A DNA stretch of 62,864 nt, filler included, from Polymyxa betae A26-41 (Eukaryota > Protista > Endomyxa: Phytomyxea), in assembly GCA_003693705.1 (NCBI GenBank). It is 8 parts of 8 records of this genome, joined end to end, with 100 filler letters (N's around TTAATTAATTAA, not from the genome) between each part and the next. Parts side by side here need not be neighbours in the genome. Positions count along the whole stretch, not along the records: positions 43,905 to 56,681 come from RBZT01000600.1; positions 56,782 to 58,736 come from RBZT01000260.1; positions 58,837 to 62,864 come from RBZT01000925.1; 5 more parts are not named here. One strand, written 5' to 3'. Positions 51,001 through 62,864 of this stretch are shown in pieces (position 1 is the stretch's first letter; each line of letters begins with the position of its first letter). Made by a program: the position numbers and the translations under genes. The notes under the pieces are model-generated. The model searched no databases and was not told the origin of the DNA. It saw only the letters and a program-made list of their open reading frames with translations.

Positions 51001-52224
51001 ACAGCACAGAACCTTGATCGTTCTCATCAAAATCATCTTTATAAGACTCCGATTCAAAGGAATCAGATCCCAGAGACTCTTCATCGAAAAGATCAGCGGA
51101 CTCTGATAATCGACCAGGCGAAGTTAAGGAAATCGAAAGTTCTTCCCAATTAATATCAGGGCTGTGTTTCCGTAGCCATGGCATTCCAATAACCACAGGA
51201 TACTTGGGGCTTCGAATTACAGTGAACACCGAGACATCCAGAACGTTTTGTAATTGCAAACTCAGAGAAGTTTCGTGAGTCGCATTCTGAATTTCCGATC
51301 CATCGATAACATCCACCGGAATATAATTCTTCTTTGAAATAACAGGGATGCTGTGTTTTTCCGCAAACATTTCATCGATGAAAACAGAATTTGATCCGCT
51401 ATCAATGAGAGCGGACGTGTGAATCGGATTGCGTAGAGCTTCATGCTTTAAAATTACAGGAATAACAAGATTACTCTCCGAAATTGTGTCACATGCAGTT
51501 GAAACAGATAAAAGATACGGAGAAACGGACTGGTCGTTTATAGGGAATTTATCGGAAGACTGGTTAGATGTGGAATCAGAGCGTTTCGGGCAATTAGAAA
51601 GGTAATGTCCAGAAAGCCCACAGAAAAGACAAATATTAGAACTGATTCGTCGCTGACGCTCATCTGGATCAAGATGAACTCGGGGACGACGCACAGCAGT
51701 GGCAGTGTCAATTACCATAGGCGTTGGACAAGACGAGTTCATTTGGGAAGATGAAGATGCAGTCTGGTTTTCAGAACGTATATTGGCAGAGAAGGGTAAA
51801 GTGGTAGGGAACATACGGGTATCACGACGTAGCTGAAATAAGATTGTCACATTCGATGGCATCTTGGATAGCCTTATCGAGAGTGGTCGGTTGGCACTTT
51901 GTTACCAAAAGTTTCAAAACATCATAATGGAGGCCTCTTCGGAAATAATGGATTTTAGCGCTCTCATTCCAGTTAAGATCGGATGCGATGATACGGAATT
52001 CTGCAGCGTAAGTCGAAGCGGCGCGACGGCCTTGTCAAGGACTTCAAGCTTTCTTGCAGCAGTTTCACCTGGATTAGGATCACCAAAGGCTGCCTCCAAT
52101 AAATGAATTACTGTTTCCACATCATTTAAACGAGGGTCCTGGGATTCAAGTAAAGGCGAAAACCATGTTAATGCGGGACCACGAAGGAGCGTACCGAGAA
52201 GCCCGACTTTTAGAGAATCCTTTC

Positions 52225-53300
52225 ATCATCCACCCATTCTTGATTCTTTCGGCGAGCTTCACCTAATAACGGATTCTGTAACCCAGCCGTCGGAATCGTC
52301 GCCGCAATGCCCAGCGCTTTCGCAGGCAATGCTCGATGTGCAGATGGCAGAAGCGATCCACCGTACACACTCTCACGCGAACGACGTTAGATCTTCGAAT
52401 ACCACTAAAACGTATCGCTCAAAGCAGGACGAGTTTAAAAGATGGCGCATAAACAAAAACTTTCCTGATGATACTAGATTCACTGTTACCTGTCCGAAGC
52501 TGCATCTTTTTCTTGTCGAAGAAGAAATCGGCCTTATTTCGAGAAAGAGAAGCAGGATTAGCATCAATTCCGTCGACAAAATTATCGGCAAATCAACTGT
52601 CGAAGCTGATACATCGGCAATCGTTGATCTGTACACACTTCAATGTCGCCTAGGGATAAATTCGTATCCCCATCCTAGAGACGACAATGTACAGGCCCTT
52701 CTTTGTAACACTCATTATGATCGCGAAAGAGTAAGGCGAGCAAATTATGACGATAGAGGCATCGTAACTACGCTGGATGGGTATTCTACTCTCTAACAAA
52801 TCTGCAGTATAGCCGACTATTTCTGGATTCGAAGCAAGAATTTGTGCACGAGTTTAAGAAACTTGGTCACGTTCTGTCTGTCGCATTTGCAATTCTGTGA
52901 GAGGAGCCTGCCAGAGCTATGGAGTTGCCATATTTACACTGTGTGCGATTAGAGAACGAAGGTTTTCGCGACTGCCACGCCTTGGACTTGGTTATGCGGC
53001 AAGGCAAAATAAACCAGTTCGGTCGAATAGAAATTTCTGCTTGCTTAAGAAATAAGGAAGTCGCCGTGTGTCGTGGGGTGCTGTTGCGTTCTAATTCATC
53101 TAACGATGGCATATCGAGGGCGAACCCTTTCCATCTTTTGAAAGCAGTCGATCTTGGAACAATATCAAGCTGCTGAAAAGTGGGAACGACAGAACGAACG
53201 AGTTGTCGTACACAACTCATCTTGAAGCGATATCCTCTTCTTTCCTGGCAGTGGGGTTGCAGCCAAGGGCAAAGACCCATGTTGGGAGAGGGTTCAGCTG
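52225..53300 (+). mobile_element. Crypton copy 2 (N-terminal half), decayed
   Basis: NTTKTY..KQ.EF..W, KLHLFL, SAIVDLY..Q, GYS, MELP.LH.VRLENEGF..CH.L, GK.NQFG, KTHVGR. Homologous to 4181-4560. Confidence 0.85.
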
Positions 53301-53787
53301 AGCCGAATCACTAACTGAATAACGATCGCCATGAAACTTGAGCAAATGTCTACGAAAATTCGTAGTACTCCGCGCCTCCCATATTTTCGGTTTGCCTGTG
53401 CAACATTTACAACGGAACTTTCCGTCACGAAGTTCCTCAACAAAGCTGTAAGCATCGGACGAGGTTTGGCGTGTAGAGCTCGGAGCTCCAATACTTGATC
53501 CATCAGCAATATCTTCAACCTCTGGTCTTCATCTGCTTCGGTGTAGCTCTGAATCTGCGACTCATGCGAGCATTCACGATCTTGAACGCTGCTCATTTTC
53601 GCGGAGCCGTCAGGAAATATGTGTATCTCAAGAGGGGAACAACTAAGGACGTCGAACGAACGAGGGCACAACACGAAAGTCACACGATGTGTCGACGAAC
53701 TACGGTAACAAATCGGGGAATCTCAGACGCCGTACGGACTTTTGAAAATTTTTTATAATAATATAAAAGTAAGGCATTTTTTTATAT

Positions 53788-53978
53788 GGACCCGGGTTGA
53801 CTCGGGTCAATCCGAGTTCGACCCGAGTTCGACCCGAGTTCGACCCGGCTATTATGACCCGGGTTGAACCCGGAGTGAACTCGGGTCGACTCGGGTCGAA
53901 TCAGATCGGGAGATTTCCCGACCCGAGTCGATCAGATCCGAAAATCTCCGACCCGGGTCGAACCCGTTGACTTCTCTA
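53788..53978. mobile_element. hAT-type terminus with ACCCG/CGGGT subterminal array
   Basis: Tandem GACCCGAGTTC units and inverted variants, ending GTTGACTTCTCTA (reverse complement TAGAGAAGTCAAC). Confidence 0.7.
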
Positions 53979-54829
53979 AGTCGTCATTAATTTCCTCGTT
54001 AGAATGCTTGCCTCTTGGCTTCAGTACATCAGAGGGCTGCCATTCACCTTTCCAAAGTCATCGTCGCCGTCGCCTGTCTTCAGCGGTGCTTTCTCTTTTC
54101 GAACATAGGAACGAAGTTGCCATTTTGAAATCTGACAGTCAGGGAAAGCAACCCGATGTTCTTCGCCATCTAGGAAAAACCCCAAACAGAGAAAGGCCTT
54201 ACGATTGGTAATCAGTACCGTAGTACATATACTTCAAACTGCAAAGCTGCTTACCGTAATTCTTGAGGAAATAACCCCTATTAATGTGCAGAGCGTGGCC
54301 TTTTTTCTGTAGGTAGGGGGATATTTGGGCGAGAAACTAATTCTGTAGTGACGTCCGCAAGTCAACGTAACTTTTTCTCGCAGATTTTCTAAATTTACTT
54401 TCAAACCAAAGACGTCCGTAAAGTCACTTTAATAAAACATACGTTGATAATTACGTTGATAACAAGGTTGCGCTCTACGGACCCCGTCGGTTTTGGTGTC
54501 GCTTGTCGTTCGTTCTGGAAGCTGCTGATACGACTCGCCGCCATGAATATTGTGGTCAACGCGACAAAGCTATTTTTCAAATTTCACTATTTCTTACGGA
54601 GAAATTGAGGGATAAACATGAGAGGGATTCCCATATTTTGTCAGTTGTATGGGGAAACAATGTATCTGCGAATTTTGCGTTCGCAAAAATTGTTGCGCAC
54701 AGTTGCGCAGTTTTATAAAAGGGCTTCGCAGTTTTATTTTTTCTGTTCTTCAATCTTTGAAGAATATTTGCCGTCGTCGTAGTCCGGGGACATCACTCTG
54801 GAAGCATTTCCTGGCGCGCAGCTGGGGTT

Positions 54830-56454
54830 GGCTTGCGCGTTGCTGCATCGATGGGCCGCATGGGCAGCCTCCAACGTCAGCTAAACCTGGCACGTTCGAA
54901 ACGTTCCATTGTGAGCGCTGTTATCGATGAGCTGCGCTCTGTCGCTTCCACATCCCAGCGAAATAGCCCGGACTCCGATGAAGACTTCATCTACCTGGAT
55001 GATTCCGTCAACGGCGCCGATTTAGAGGAGTCGCTTGCTTATTCCTTGAAGTGGACAGAAGGAGATCGCATCAGACGAGCCCCTGTTTAAACAGGAAACA
55101 GTGAGCGTACAATTTATAGAAGAAAGAACGCAAAGAAGGCAATGGTTGACTCTGCAAAAGGAAGTATTGACATCCGAAACTTCTTTCGGGCTTCTAATTA
55201 TTGGGAAGCTACAAATATTGTCGATAGAACCACAGGACAGCTGATTGATACTGTCACGCCAGATCAGGATATTTCCGAGCTTAGATTGCCAAGTTTCAAC
55301 GAGAGGTCAGTGGTGCACTTGATGTTCTGGCAAAGTGTGCTGTTCTATCGAATAACAAACAGGCGATGAAGAAGTTGGACAAGACGTCAAAATTCGACTT
55401 TATCCGCTTGACAGCCGTTCGCCAGTTCTTGGAGCTGATTTCGAGGGACCGGAATTCGAAAATGGAATCATCTGCTATAGTCGCGTCCCGCCTCTTTCAC
55501 GGTTTCAGCATTGAGTGGAAATCGAAATGTATTAGGAAGTGGGCATCTTATTATCTCGATCATCAGGAACTTCCTGAATCCATGCAAGGACGGCATCAGA
55601 AAATATCATCACTCATTGATTGCGAGGATATACAGTCTGCTTGCTTCTCGTGGATAAGATCAACTGACCACAACATGATCTGCGGCCGGTCGTTTTCGGG
55701 TTGGGTTACAGCTGAGCTGCACAAAATCTTAGGATATCCTGATCCCATTCAGCTAAGCGTGCGACATGCCACTCGATGGTTGAAACGGATTGGACTGGAA
55801 TTTCGCGAACTGAAGGAAGGAAGTGACCAAGCGAAAAGACTGAATCTTTCTGACGGCGGTGCCAACGTAAAGCCAATGCGAGACGGATATTTTTACGACA
55901 CCAACGGACAGAAAATCATCCAGAAAATGCAGAATCACAACGGAATCCAGAAAGGAATCCGGACTATTCTTCAAGAACGAGGGCTTTGGACATATCCGGA
56001 ACCAAACAAAGCGAAGGCTGAAGCGATTCTGGCTGCACAGCTGGTATTTCAAGCCCAACAGGGATGGCTAGAAGAAACAATTTCCAACGAGAAGTTTCTG
56101 ATCGATTTCTTCCTAAAATTCCACTGCGAGTTCATCTTCATCGAGATGTTCTGGGGTGCATGAAAGAGGTTCACAAGGGAACATTGCGACAATACCTGGA
56201 ATGCACTATTGACAACTGTTCCTCAGCCTTTAGAATTTGTCGGAAGTTTGAATGAGCACTTTCATCTTAATGATATGATGAATTTAGGTATCCACCGCAA
56301 CAATCCGGAATTTTGCTCGCAAGTCATGGCGTTACATGGACGACTATCGGCTAAAAAAGGCCAGCAATTATCTGTAAAACAGGTAGAGTATGCGGTAAGA
56401 AAATACAAACGTCACCGCTGTGTTCCGGATACTATATGGAACGAAATTGAGTGA
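54830..56454 (+). pseudogene. IS630/Tc1/mariner-superfamily transposase remnant (possibly Sagan-like), internal deletion
   Basis: [58 protein letters not shown]. Confidence 0.75.
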
Positions 56455-56781
56455 GTCTCAATTCTAGAATCAATAATTTTCGCAAAATAAAAAGCACAAA
56501 ATAAAGAAACTGCGTACGGACTTTTTAGGAAATAATTTGGCAGTTCTGGAGAGTTAAGATGTCCCGTACAGTACTTTGCAGGCGAACAAATGTGAACAGA
56601 AGCAATCAGATTAAAGAATGGTTTATATAAGACGAGATCAGACGATTAAATAGGACGTTGACTGGCTGTAGGCCACTCGAGNNNNNNNNNNNNNNNNNNN
56701 NNNNNNNNNNNNNNNNNNNNNNNNNTTAATTAATTAANNNNNNNNNNNNNNNNNNNNNNNNNNNNNNNNNNNNNNNNNNNN

Positions 56782-57830
56782 CATCTTCGGGAGAATAATC
56801 ATTATCATTCTCGGTTTCAGGCTCCATTGGGTCAGCAAGAGCAGACTCCAAACCACGATTTCCGAAAGATTGCTCATTAAACCTTACTGAGCGATGCACC
56901 GTGATTCTACCAGTGTCTGCATCGTACAAATTATATCCTTTTTGGTGATCAGCATAGCCCAGAAAAATGTATTTCTTCGCCCGTGCATCCAGTTTTGTTC
57001 GTTGGCTGGGGTCCACCAGTGCATAAGCATCGCATCCAAAAACTCGTCGGTATCGGATATCGGGCTTCGTTCCTTTTAAGACCTGATGGGGTGCTGTAGC
57101 AGCATCGTTTGGATGGGGTCAAACGTTATATATATGCGAAGCAGTTAACACTGCAGGCCCCCAAAAATTTTTCGGCAGGCGCGCGTGATATAGCATTGAT
57201 CTGGCGGAATCCATAAGAGTCAAATGTCCTCGCTCAGCAACTCCATTTTGTTCAGAGGAATGGGCAACAGTTGATATCCATTCAATGCCATGAGAATGCA
57301 GGTAACCTTGGAATTGTTTACTGATGAATTCTCCAGCGTTATCTCCAAAAAGTATTTTGATATTTTTACCGGTAAAATTTTCTAGTCTGGTCTTGAGAAT
57401 AATAAATTTTTCAAACGCCTCGTTTTTTGAGTGCAACAAATACGTGAATTTAACCTTACTACCTTCACAGAACGTGATAAAATACCGCTCTCCGTTTACA
57501 GATCGTATAGGTAGGGGTCCGCATTTGTCAATATCAATTCTCTCTAACAGGTCCCATTGTTTCGGTTTACTATGCTTTGGGAATGGCAATTTCTTAGAGC
57601 ATTTGTCGAACACTAGACCTTTCATGCTTCGCAGAAAGGTCTAGTGTTCGACAAATGCTCAACCAGCTTCTCGGTTGCCAACCTTTTATGCGATATTGTC
57701 TGGATGTCGTGGAAGTTTTGATGTCCAAGCCGCATATGCCAGAGCTGAAGGGTATCGTTGTTTGTGTCAGAATCGGACTTGGCTGAAGAATCTTCATTGA
57801 GATTTGACATTACTAAGATCTCCGTCTTGG
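56782..57830 (-). pseudogene. Ty1/Copia integrase region
   Basis: LWHMRLGH, D.CGP, DNAGEF, QNGVAER, ARSML, KLDARA..IFLGY. Confidence 0.9.
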
Positions 57831-58736
57831 CTTCTAGATTTGGATGAAATGAAGATTCAAATTTTGGTAAACTGATAGTCATATTATCCCAATTGAAACT
57901 TGGTCTGTGCTTTCTTAACCATGGAATTCCAAGGATTACAGGAAAATGTGGGGAGTTGATGATATTGAATGATGTAACATAAGTATGATCAGCAACAACG
58001 CAGTCAGAGGTACTGTTTCTTGCAAGATTGTTAATTTCATCCCATCTATTGTTTCAGCTTTCAGCGCAGATAGCTTGTCAACAATCGGAATGTTGAGAGC
58101 TAACATGTTTCGCGGTCAGCACAGTTTGTGAACGATCCTGTATCAACTAAAGCTCTTAATATAACGGGACTGCAGTTAGTTTTAAATTTGACGCTGGTGG
58201 TAAAATAATTAGGGGTTGAGTCGGAATTATGAAACGTAAAATATCCTTTATAAGGAGCAGGCGTGGAGACCGACAATTTCATCCCCGCCGAGGGCCGTTT
58301 CCCGAAGTTCTGTTAGCGAGTTCCGGGCATTTAACTGCGATGTGTCCATCTTCACCACAGTAAAGACATAAGCCGTTATCTATACGATGTTGACGTTCAT
58401 CAGACGATAATGGCCCTCTGGGCTGTGATTGCGTGGAAAATGCTGCATCAAGTACCATTGGATCAGACGGTGGATTTGATGTCGTCGGACTCCCGGCATT
58501 TGTAAATAAGGCGGTTCGACCGCCAAACGAACGAAGTTCAAAGATACGGTTGTCGCATTCAATAGCATCATTAATAGCAGTTTCTAAAGTAGCCGGTTTC
58601 GACTTCGATAATAATAATCGTTTCACCTCGTTATTCAGCCCGCGATGAAACCAATACATTTTGGCTGCGTCATTCCTATCTAAATCTGCAGCAATGAGAC
58701 GAAATTCAGAAGCACAGGCACTGGCTGGTCGACGGC
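57831..58736 (-). pseudogene. Chromoviral Gypsy gag and protease fragment
   Basis: FHRGLN, PMVLDA, CLYCGEDGHIAVKC, ALVDTGS, ILGIPWL.KH.P..NW. Confidence 0.88.
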
Positions 58737-58989
58737 NNNNNNNNNNNNNNNNNNNNNNNNNNNNNNNNNNNNNNNNNNNNTTAATTAATTAANNNNNNNN
58801 NNNNNNNNNNNNNNNNNNNNNNNNNNNNNNNNNNNNTTGGGTGTCTTTCACAGTGGCCCTAGGGTTTTCCACGGACTCGTTCCGATGGATTAATATACTG
58901 GATCAATCAGTGACGTCGATTGACTCAGTTTGTCTATTTGTCTCTAATGTGAGACTACACAGGTGTTAATACCTAGACAATGTCGAGGC

Positions 58990-60530
58990 CTTACACTTTG
59001 ACTTGCATTATTGCACATGCAGGCTCTCGAAGTGGTCATTTGGGTTACAAGACAGCATTGCAACTTTTAAATGAATGGGTTTATTGGGTAGGAATGACAG
59101 AAGACATCAAACTTATTTGTTCTTCCTGTCTGCATTGTTTGCCGACTCGAAAGGGACATCGAATCCCGCGCCCGCTCGGAGAGGCATGTCATGGTACTAG
59201 ACCGAATCAAGTTTTACATTTTGATTTTTTACATATTTTGCCCAAAACTTGAAAAGTCCATAAATTATCAGTGGCTATTTGTTATTAAAGACGATTTTTC
59301 AGGCATGGTCTTACTTAAGCCTGTTATCACTCCGAACACGCAAATCACCGTTGAGACACTGCTTGAATGGAGAGCCCTTTTTGGAAGGCCCGATATATTT
59401 GTATCAGGCCAAGCCGCTTATTTCATGGCTGAGACTATGCGAAATCTTTCAAAACGATTAGGAATGACTACTTACGCACATCATGCTAATGGAAGTATTG
59501 AAATTATAAACCGAGAAATATTAAATTTATTACGAGCCCTTATTTCGGAATTACGTTGGGAAATGAATGATTAGCCATGGCTTACAAAACTCGTTGAGCA
59601 TACAATCAATCACCGGCCACAAAAACGTTTAGGAGATAGAGCTCCAATTACTGTCATGACGGGATTACCCGCCGATAATCCATTGGACGCAATTGTTTTC
59701 AATCCGAAAATCTGGACCATTAGCCCGGTCCAACTATCAACTCAGCAAATCTCTGAAACTGTTGAAAAACTCCAGTATAGCCTTGACCTTATGCATAAAA
59801 ATGTCTTCCAAATTACGGAAAGACAACGCTCTAAGCAACGGGAATATTATTCTCGCAATCGGACTATTCCTAATTTTGGTATAGGTGATTACGTGTTACT
59901 CGCCGTTCCAGAAAAACGAGCAATTCATAAATTGGCTCTAACTTGGCACGGTCCTTACAGGATCGTCGACCTTCATCCATATTATGTTTTCTCCGTTGAG
60001 AATTTACTCACACATGAAATAAATCAGGTCCATGGTAACCGACTTCAACTTTATTCGGACAAACAGTTAAACGTCACTGAGGAAATTATCACTCAGTTCG
60101 CATTTGATAGCGCTCCGCGACATATCGAAAAAATTTGTGTTCGTTTAGATTCGACGAATACAGACCTTGAATACCTAATTAAATGGAAGGGATTTGATGA
60201 CACCGAGAATTCATATTGCCCTGATTTCAGTGTTAAAATTGAAAATCCGCAGGCGATACGCGATTTCCTGGACAACTCGCCGAATCACCCAATTGCTCCT
60301 TTCATTTGGGCCAATCTTCTAACAGAATCCAACATTCATCATTAATCCGCAACACAAGTTTTTCCAAAACTTGTCTCGAAGGAAGGCGGTGTGACGACCT
60401 GGCCACTCAGTAATGTTACAGTGGCTCGAATGACTGGTGGTGAATCAATCAGCCCTTAGTATGCTTTGAATTGTGATTCATTGATTTGGATATATAAAAA
60501 TCATCTTTATTTTGAGCAGAATTCGTCACA
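58990..60530 (+). mobile_element. Gypsy family A-related 3' end: integrase, chromodomain, PPT and 3' LTR (60390-60530)
   Basis: CLHCLPTR..RIPRPLG, NGSIE, GPY, YLIKWKGF. PPT GAAGGAAGGCGG. LTR TGTGACGA...TCGTCACA. Confidence 0.92.
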
Positions 60531-60699
60531 GTCGTCATACTTCCATCAGGTTCGCATCTTTGTTATGCATCAGATTTATGCGTCCGCCATCAGGAGCCAT
60601 TGCGTGCGCAGTTCGTCAAACTGTGTACGCTTTTTTGGGAATTCAGAATTTTATATTAGAGTCGTACGGACTTGGAGAAGTGCGCAGTAAAATCTTCGG

Positions 60700-61351
60700 C
60701 GCGGGGCCTCCTAACGTATCTTTGCCCAAAAGATAAAATGGCCTAAAAAGATACGTTCGTATGATTTTAAAAAGATACGTTAGAGCGCGGAAGATCAAAT
60801 ATTTATTATTTAAAAGTTAGAACTTATAGCACAGCTCTGTAAGATTGTAGAACCCGGCCATTAGTCCAAAGTAAACCCAGACTAATTGTAGAGAATTGAG
60901 CATGGCCCGGAAACAATCCGCTCCAGAATGTCGTTATCAAGGCGACCTTTATCGACGTTATAATCGCCATATAGATGATGGGGCAGTTTATTGTCCTTTA
61001 TATCCAATAACACCAGGGAGCAGGCTGTGCGTTAATGTTACGATCGAGCGGCTACAGTAAACGATAGGACCTAACGACAGCCACATCATCGTTGCTCTCT
61101 ATAGGTCAGATGTGTCGGACTGGGGATCAAGAGCATCAGCCATCGCAGCAGCGTTCTAAAACGAACAACCCAGAAAGGAAGACGACGAGAAGCGGTAGCG
61201 GCCTGGCGACGCAGTCCGAAGATCGCAGCCTCAGAAAACCAACGTATCTTTTAACGTATGTTTTTATTATAGGGACTTTACCGACGTCTCAGTCTGAACG
61301 TATGTTTCGAAAAAATGCGAGAAAATCATACGTTGACTTTGCGGACGCCTC
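60700..61351. mobile_element. Probable non-autonomous Harbinger-family element
   Basis: Inverted clusters of AACGTATC/GATACGTT at both ends. Right end TTTGCGGACGCCTC|TA resembles termini at 19118 and 54348. Confidence 0.5.
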
Positions 61352-61653
61352 TATTATTTTGAAAATCTGATACAGAGGATAATAACCTGGCACTAATGGA
61401 TTATCTGGACCTTTCCAGGTCGAAATCGGGACATTTCCAGGTATAGTACATTTCTTCGACGCTGTTATCGTTCGCGAACGCCTCATAACAGCTGATAACA
61501 ATCAAATAAAACGAATGATGTTTGAATTAGAACGAATGGGGATCAAAGATATTTTATTTGCACGATAAGTGCAGTTTTGACAGATTTGACTGTGTGACTG
61601 TCCCTATATACTGATACCACTTGAACCAGCTATCAGAGATGAACCTTCACACC

Positions 61654-62080
61654 TAGGGCTCCGACCGGGTACTGACGGGTCGGGTGCCTGCCTCTATCCG
61701 GAACCCGACCCGGTTTTCCGAGTCGGATACCGGGTAGTACCTGGTACCCGTCCATACAAAATTTAAAAAAAGGTTGCAAACAGACAAAAAGATGATGGGA
61801 CTTTATTTTTTCAGACAGTATTTACCAAACATCAAAGAAGAGAAGGTTTCTGGTTTCAATGAATGTCGCCGAAGCCCAATTACGTCACGGCCGCAATTAA
61901 ATATTCGCTCGACAGCGACTGAAGAGCCCGGAATCGGCAAAATGTCTTTTTCCAGTAATCTAACGGATCAACTGCAGGATCCTCACATCGTAAATCGAAG
62001 TAATTATCAACGCTGTACCCGACCCGATCAATACCCGACCCGGTTTTTCCGGGAACTACCCGTACCCGGTCGGAGCCCTA
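61654..62080. mobile_element. Complete hAT MITE, 427 bp
   Basis: 19-bp TIR TAGGGCTCCGACCGGGTAC. Perfect 8-bp TSD TTCACACC (61646-61653, 62081-62088). ACCCG subterminal repeats. Confidence 0.96.
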
Positions 62081-62234
62081 TTCACACCGACGGAAAGTTA
62101 CTTGAACCACCTTCCAATCGAAGGCAAAAAATGCTTTTTGATAACTCAAAAGAACCGTTACTGTAATGACCGTAAGCCACTACAAAATGATGCTTAATGT
62201 TACACTGCTGTGCAAATTCTTTCATTACAGAATC

Positions 62235-62628
62235 TGTAGAAACTGCGTTTGGACTTCACAGCAACTAACTGACCAAAAGGTACAATAACAGCTCCACAGC
62301 TGTTAGTCCAGGGCCTACTTAAGCAGTACTCCACACACCCCTCTCTTGAATGCGACTGCATTCCTCACCAGAATCAGGCACTCAGGCCTCTGGCAGAATT
62401 AAGTGGGTGACCCCCAACTCAGATGAACCACGCATCTTTTCACGAGTTGTGAGCCGGTCCGGTCCACTGAACCCAAAAACGTCCAGTACCAGGGGAGACT
62501 CGAACCCGACCCTTAGAGCTGTTATTCTGTAGAAACTGCGCCTGGACTTCACAGCAACTAATTGACCAAAAGGTACAATAACAGCTCCACAGCTGTTAGT
62601 CCAGGGCCTACTTAAGCAGTACTCCACA
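62235..62628 (-). mobile_element. TRIM-like miniature LTR element (two 101-bp LTRs, ~190-bp non-coding interior)
   Basis: Direct repeats 62235-62335 and 62528-62628 (3 mismatches), reading TGTGG...CTACA on minus. PPT AAGAGAGGGG at 62338-62347. No clear TSD. Confidence 0.78.
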
Positions 62629-62864
62629 AGAAGAACATAAAGTATGATGCCGTATCTGCCACTATGGTATCGGGAGTTCGCGACTTAGCTTTCCAGTCCA
62701 TCAATGCATTATTGCTATGATACTGTCAGCAACCGCAGCTGGCGTAATTCTTATATAACCTGATAAGTCATCTCTTAATATAAGGTTCCACTGAAACTTA
62801 TGCGAGCCATTCTTTTCGGCTGGCATTATATATATCCAATCCAAGTGAACTACATGATTTGGAT

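Larger units (their letters stand above)
44963..52220 (-). mobile_element. Chromoviral Ty3/Gypsy (Tf1/Tcn1-like): gag-PR-RT-RH-INT-chromo-PPT-3' LTR (44963-45242), interrupted by a MULE
   Basis: CLFCGLSGHYLSNC, LIDSGS, YLDD, VDAS, MDFITDLP, SDGQTER and chromo QYLIE|WEGYP. PPT GAAGGAGGGG. LTR has 8-bp inverted ends TGTCAGGG/CCCTGACA. Confidence 0.95.

Noticed and set aside
53788-53970. CRISPR-like or iteron array
   Set aside because: Short degenerate repeats in both orientations without unique spacers, ending in a hAT-like TIR; these are subterminal repeats.
1880-59580. Alternative genetic code (stops at Trp positions)
   Set aside because: Both TGA and TAG occur, alongside frameshifts, and the intact Copia uses TGG with no internal stops. 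Ordinary decay.
44362-60673. GTACGGACTT at 44362, 53732, 56514 and 60664 as a shared element end
   Set aside because: One copy is inside a Copia LTR and the flanks share nothing further; insufficient support.
245-62627. Most short ORFs in the six-frame track
   Set aside because: Antisense or off-frame shadows of TE coding regions with no recognisable motifs.

Overview
Eukaryotic, gene-poor, transposable-element (TE) graveyard. It is probably from a microbial eukaryote (fungus-like, oomycete or phytomyxid), but the host cannot be fixed from this window. The window is not one continuous contig: seven 100-bp spacers (44 N + TTAATTAATTAA + 44 N) join eight pieces, so adjacency across spacers is unproven. 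Nearly all interpretable sequence is nested, mostly decayed TE. It includes two groups of chromodomain Ty3/Gypsy elements (one with a WIDD RT motif, one Tf1/Tcn1-like), several Ty1/Copia elements (one near-intact), a Penelope-like RT and two Cryptons. It also has two hAT transposases plus hAT MITEs/ends, PIF/Harbinger elements, a complete MULE with a 9-bp TSD, pogo and IS630/Tc1-like remnants, and two divergent piggyBac-like elements. No intact host gene, rRNA, tRNA gene or CRISPR array is supported. Best leads: (1) a piggyBac-like transposase with a YqaJ/lambda-exonuclease domain inside its catalytic core; (2) a young Copia whose PBS matches a 5' half of tRNA-Lys(CUU) instead of tRNA-iMet; (3) a ~390-bp TRIM with a Tf1-style 11-nt self-priming signature. 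All protein family calls are from motif recognition by eye, not database searches.
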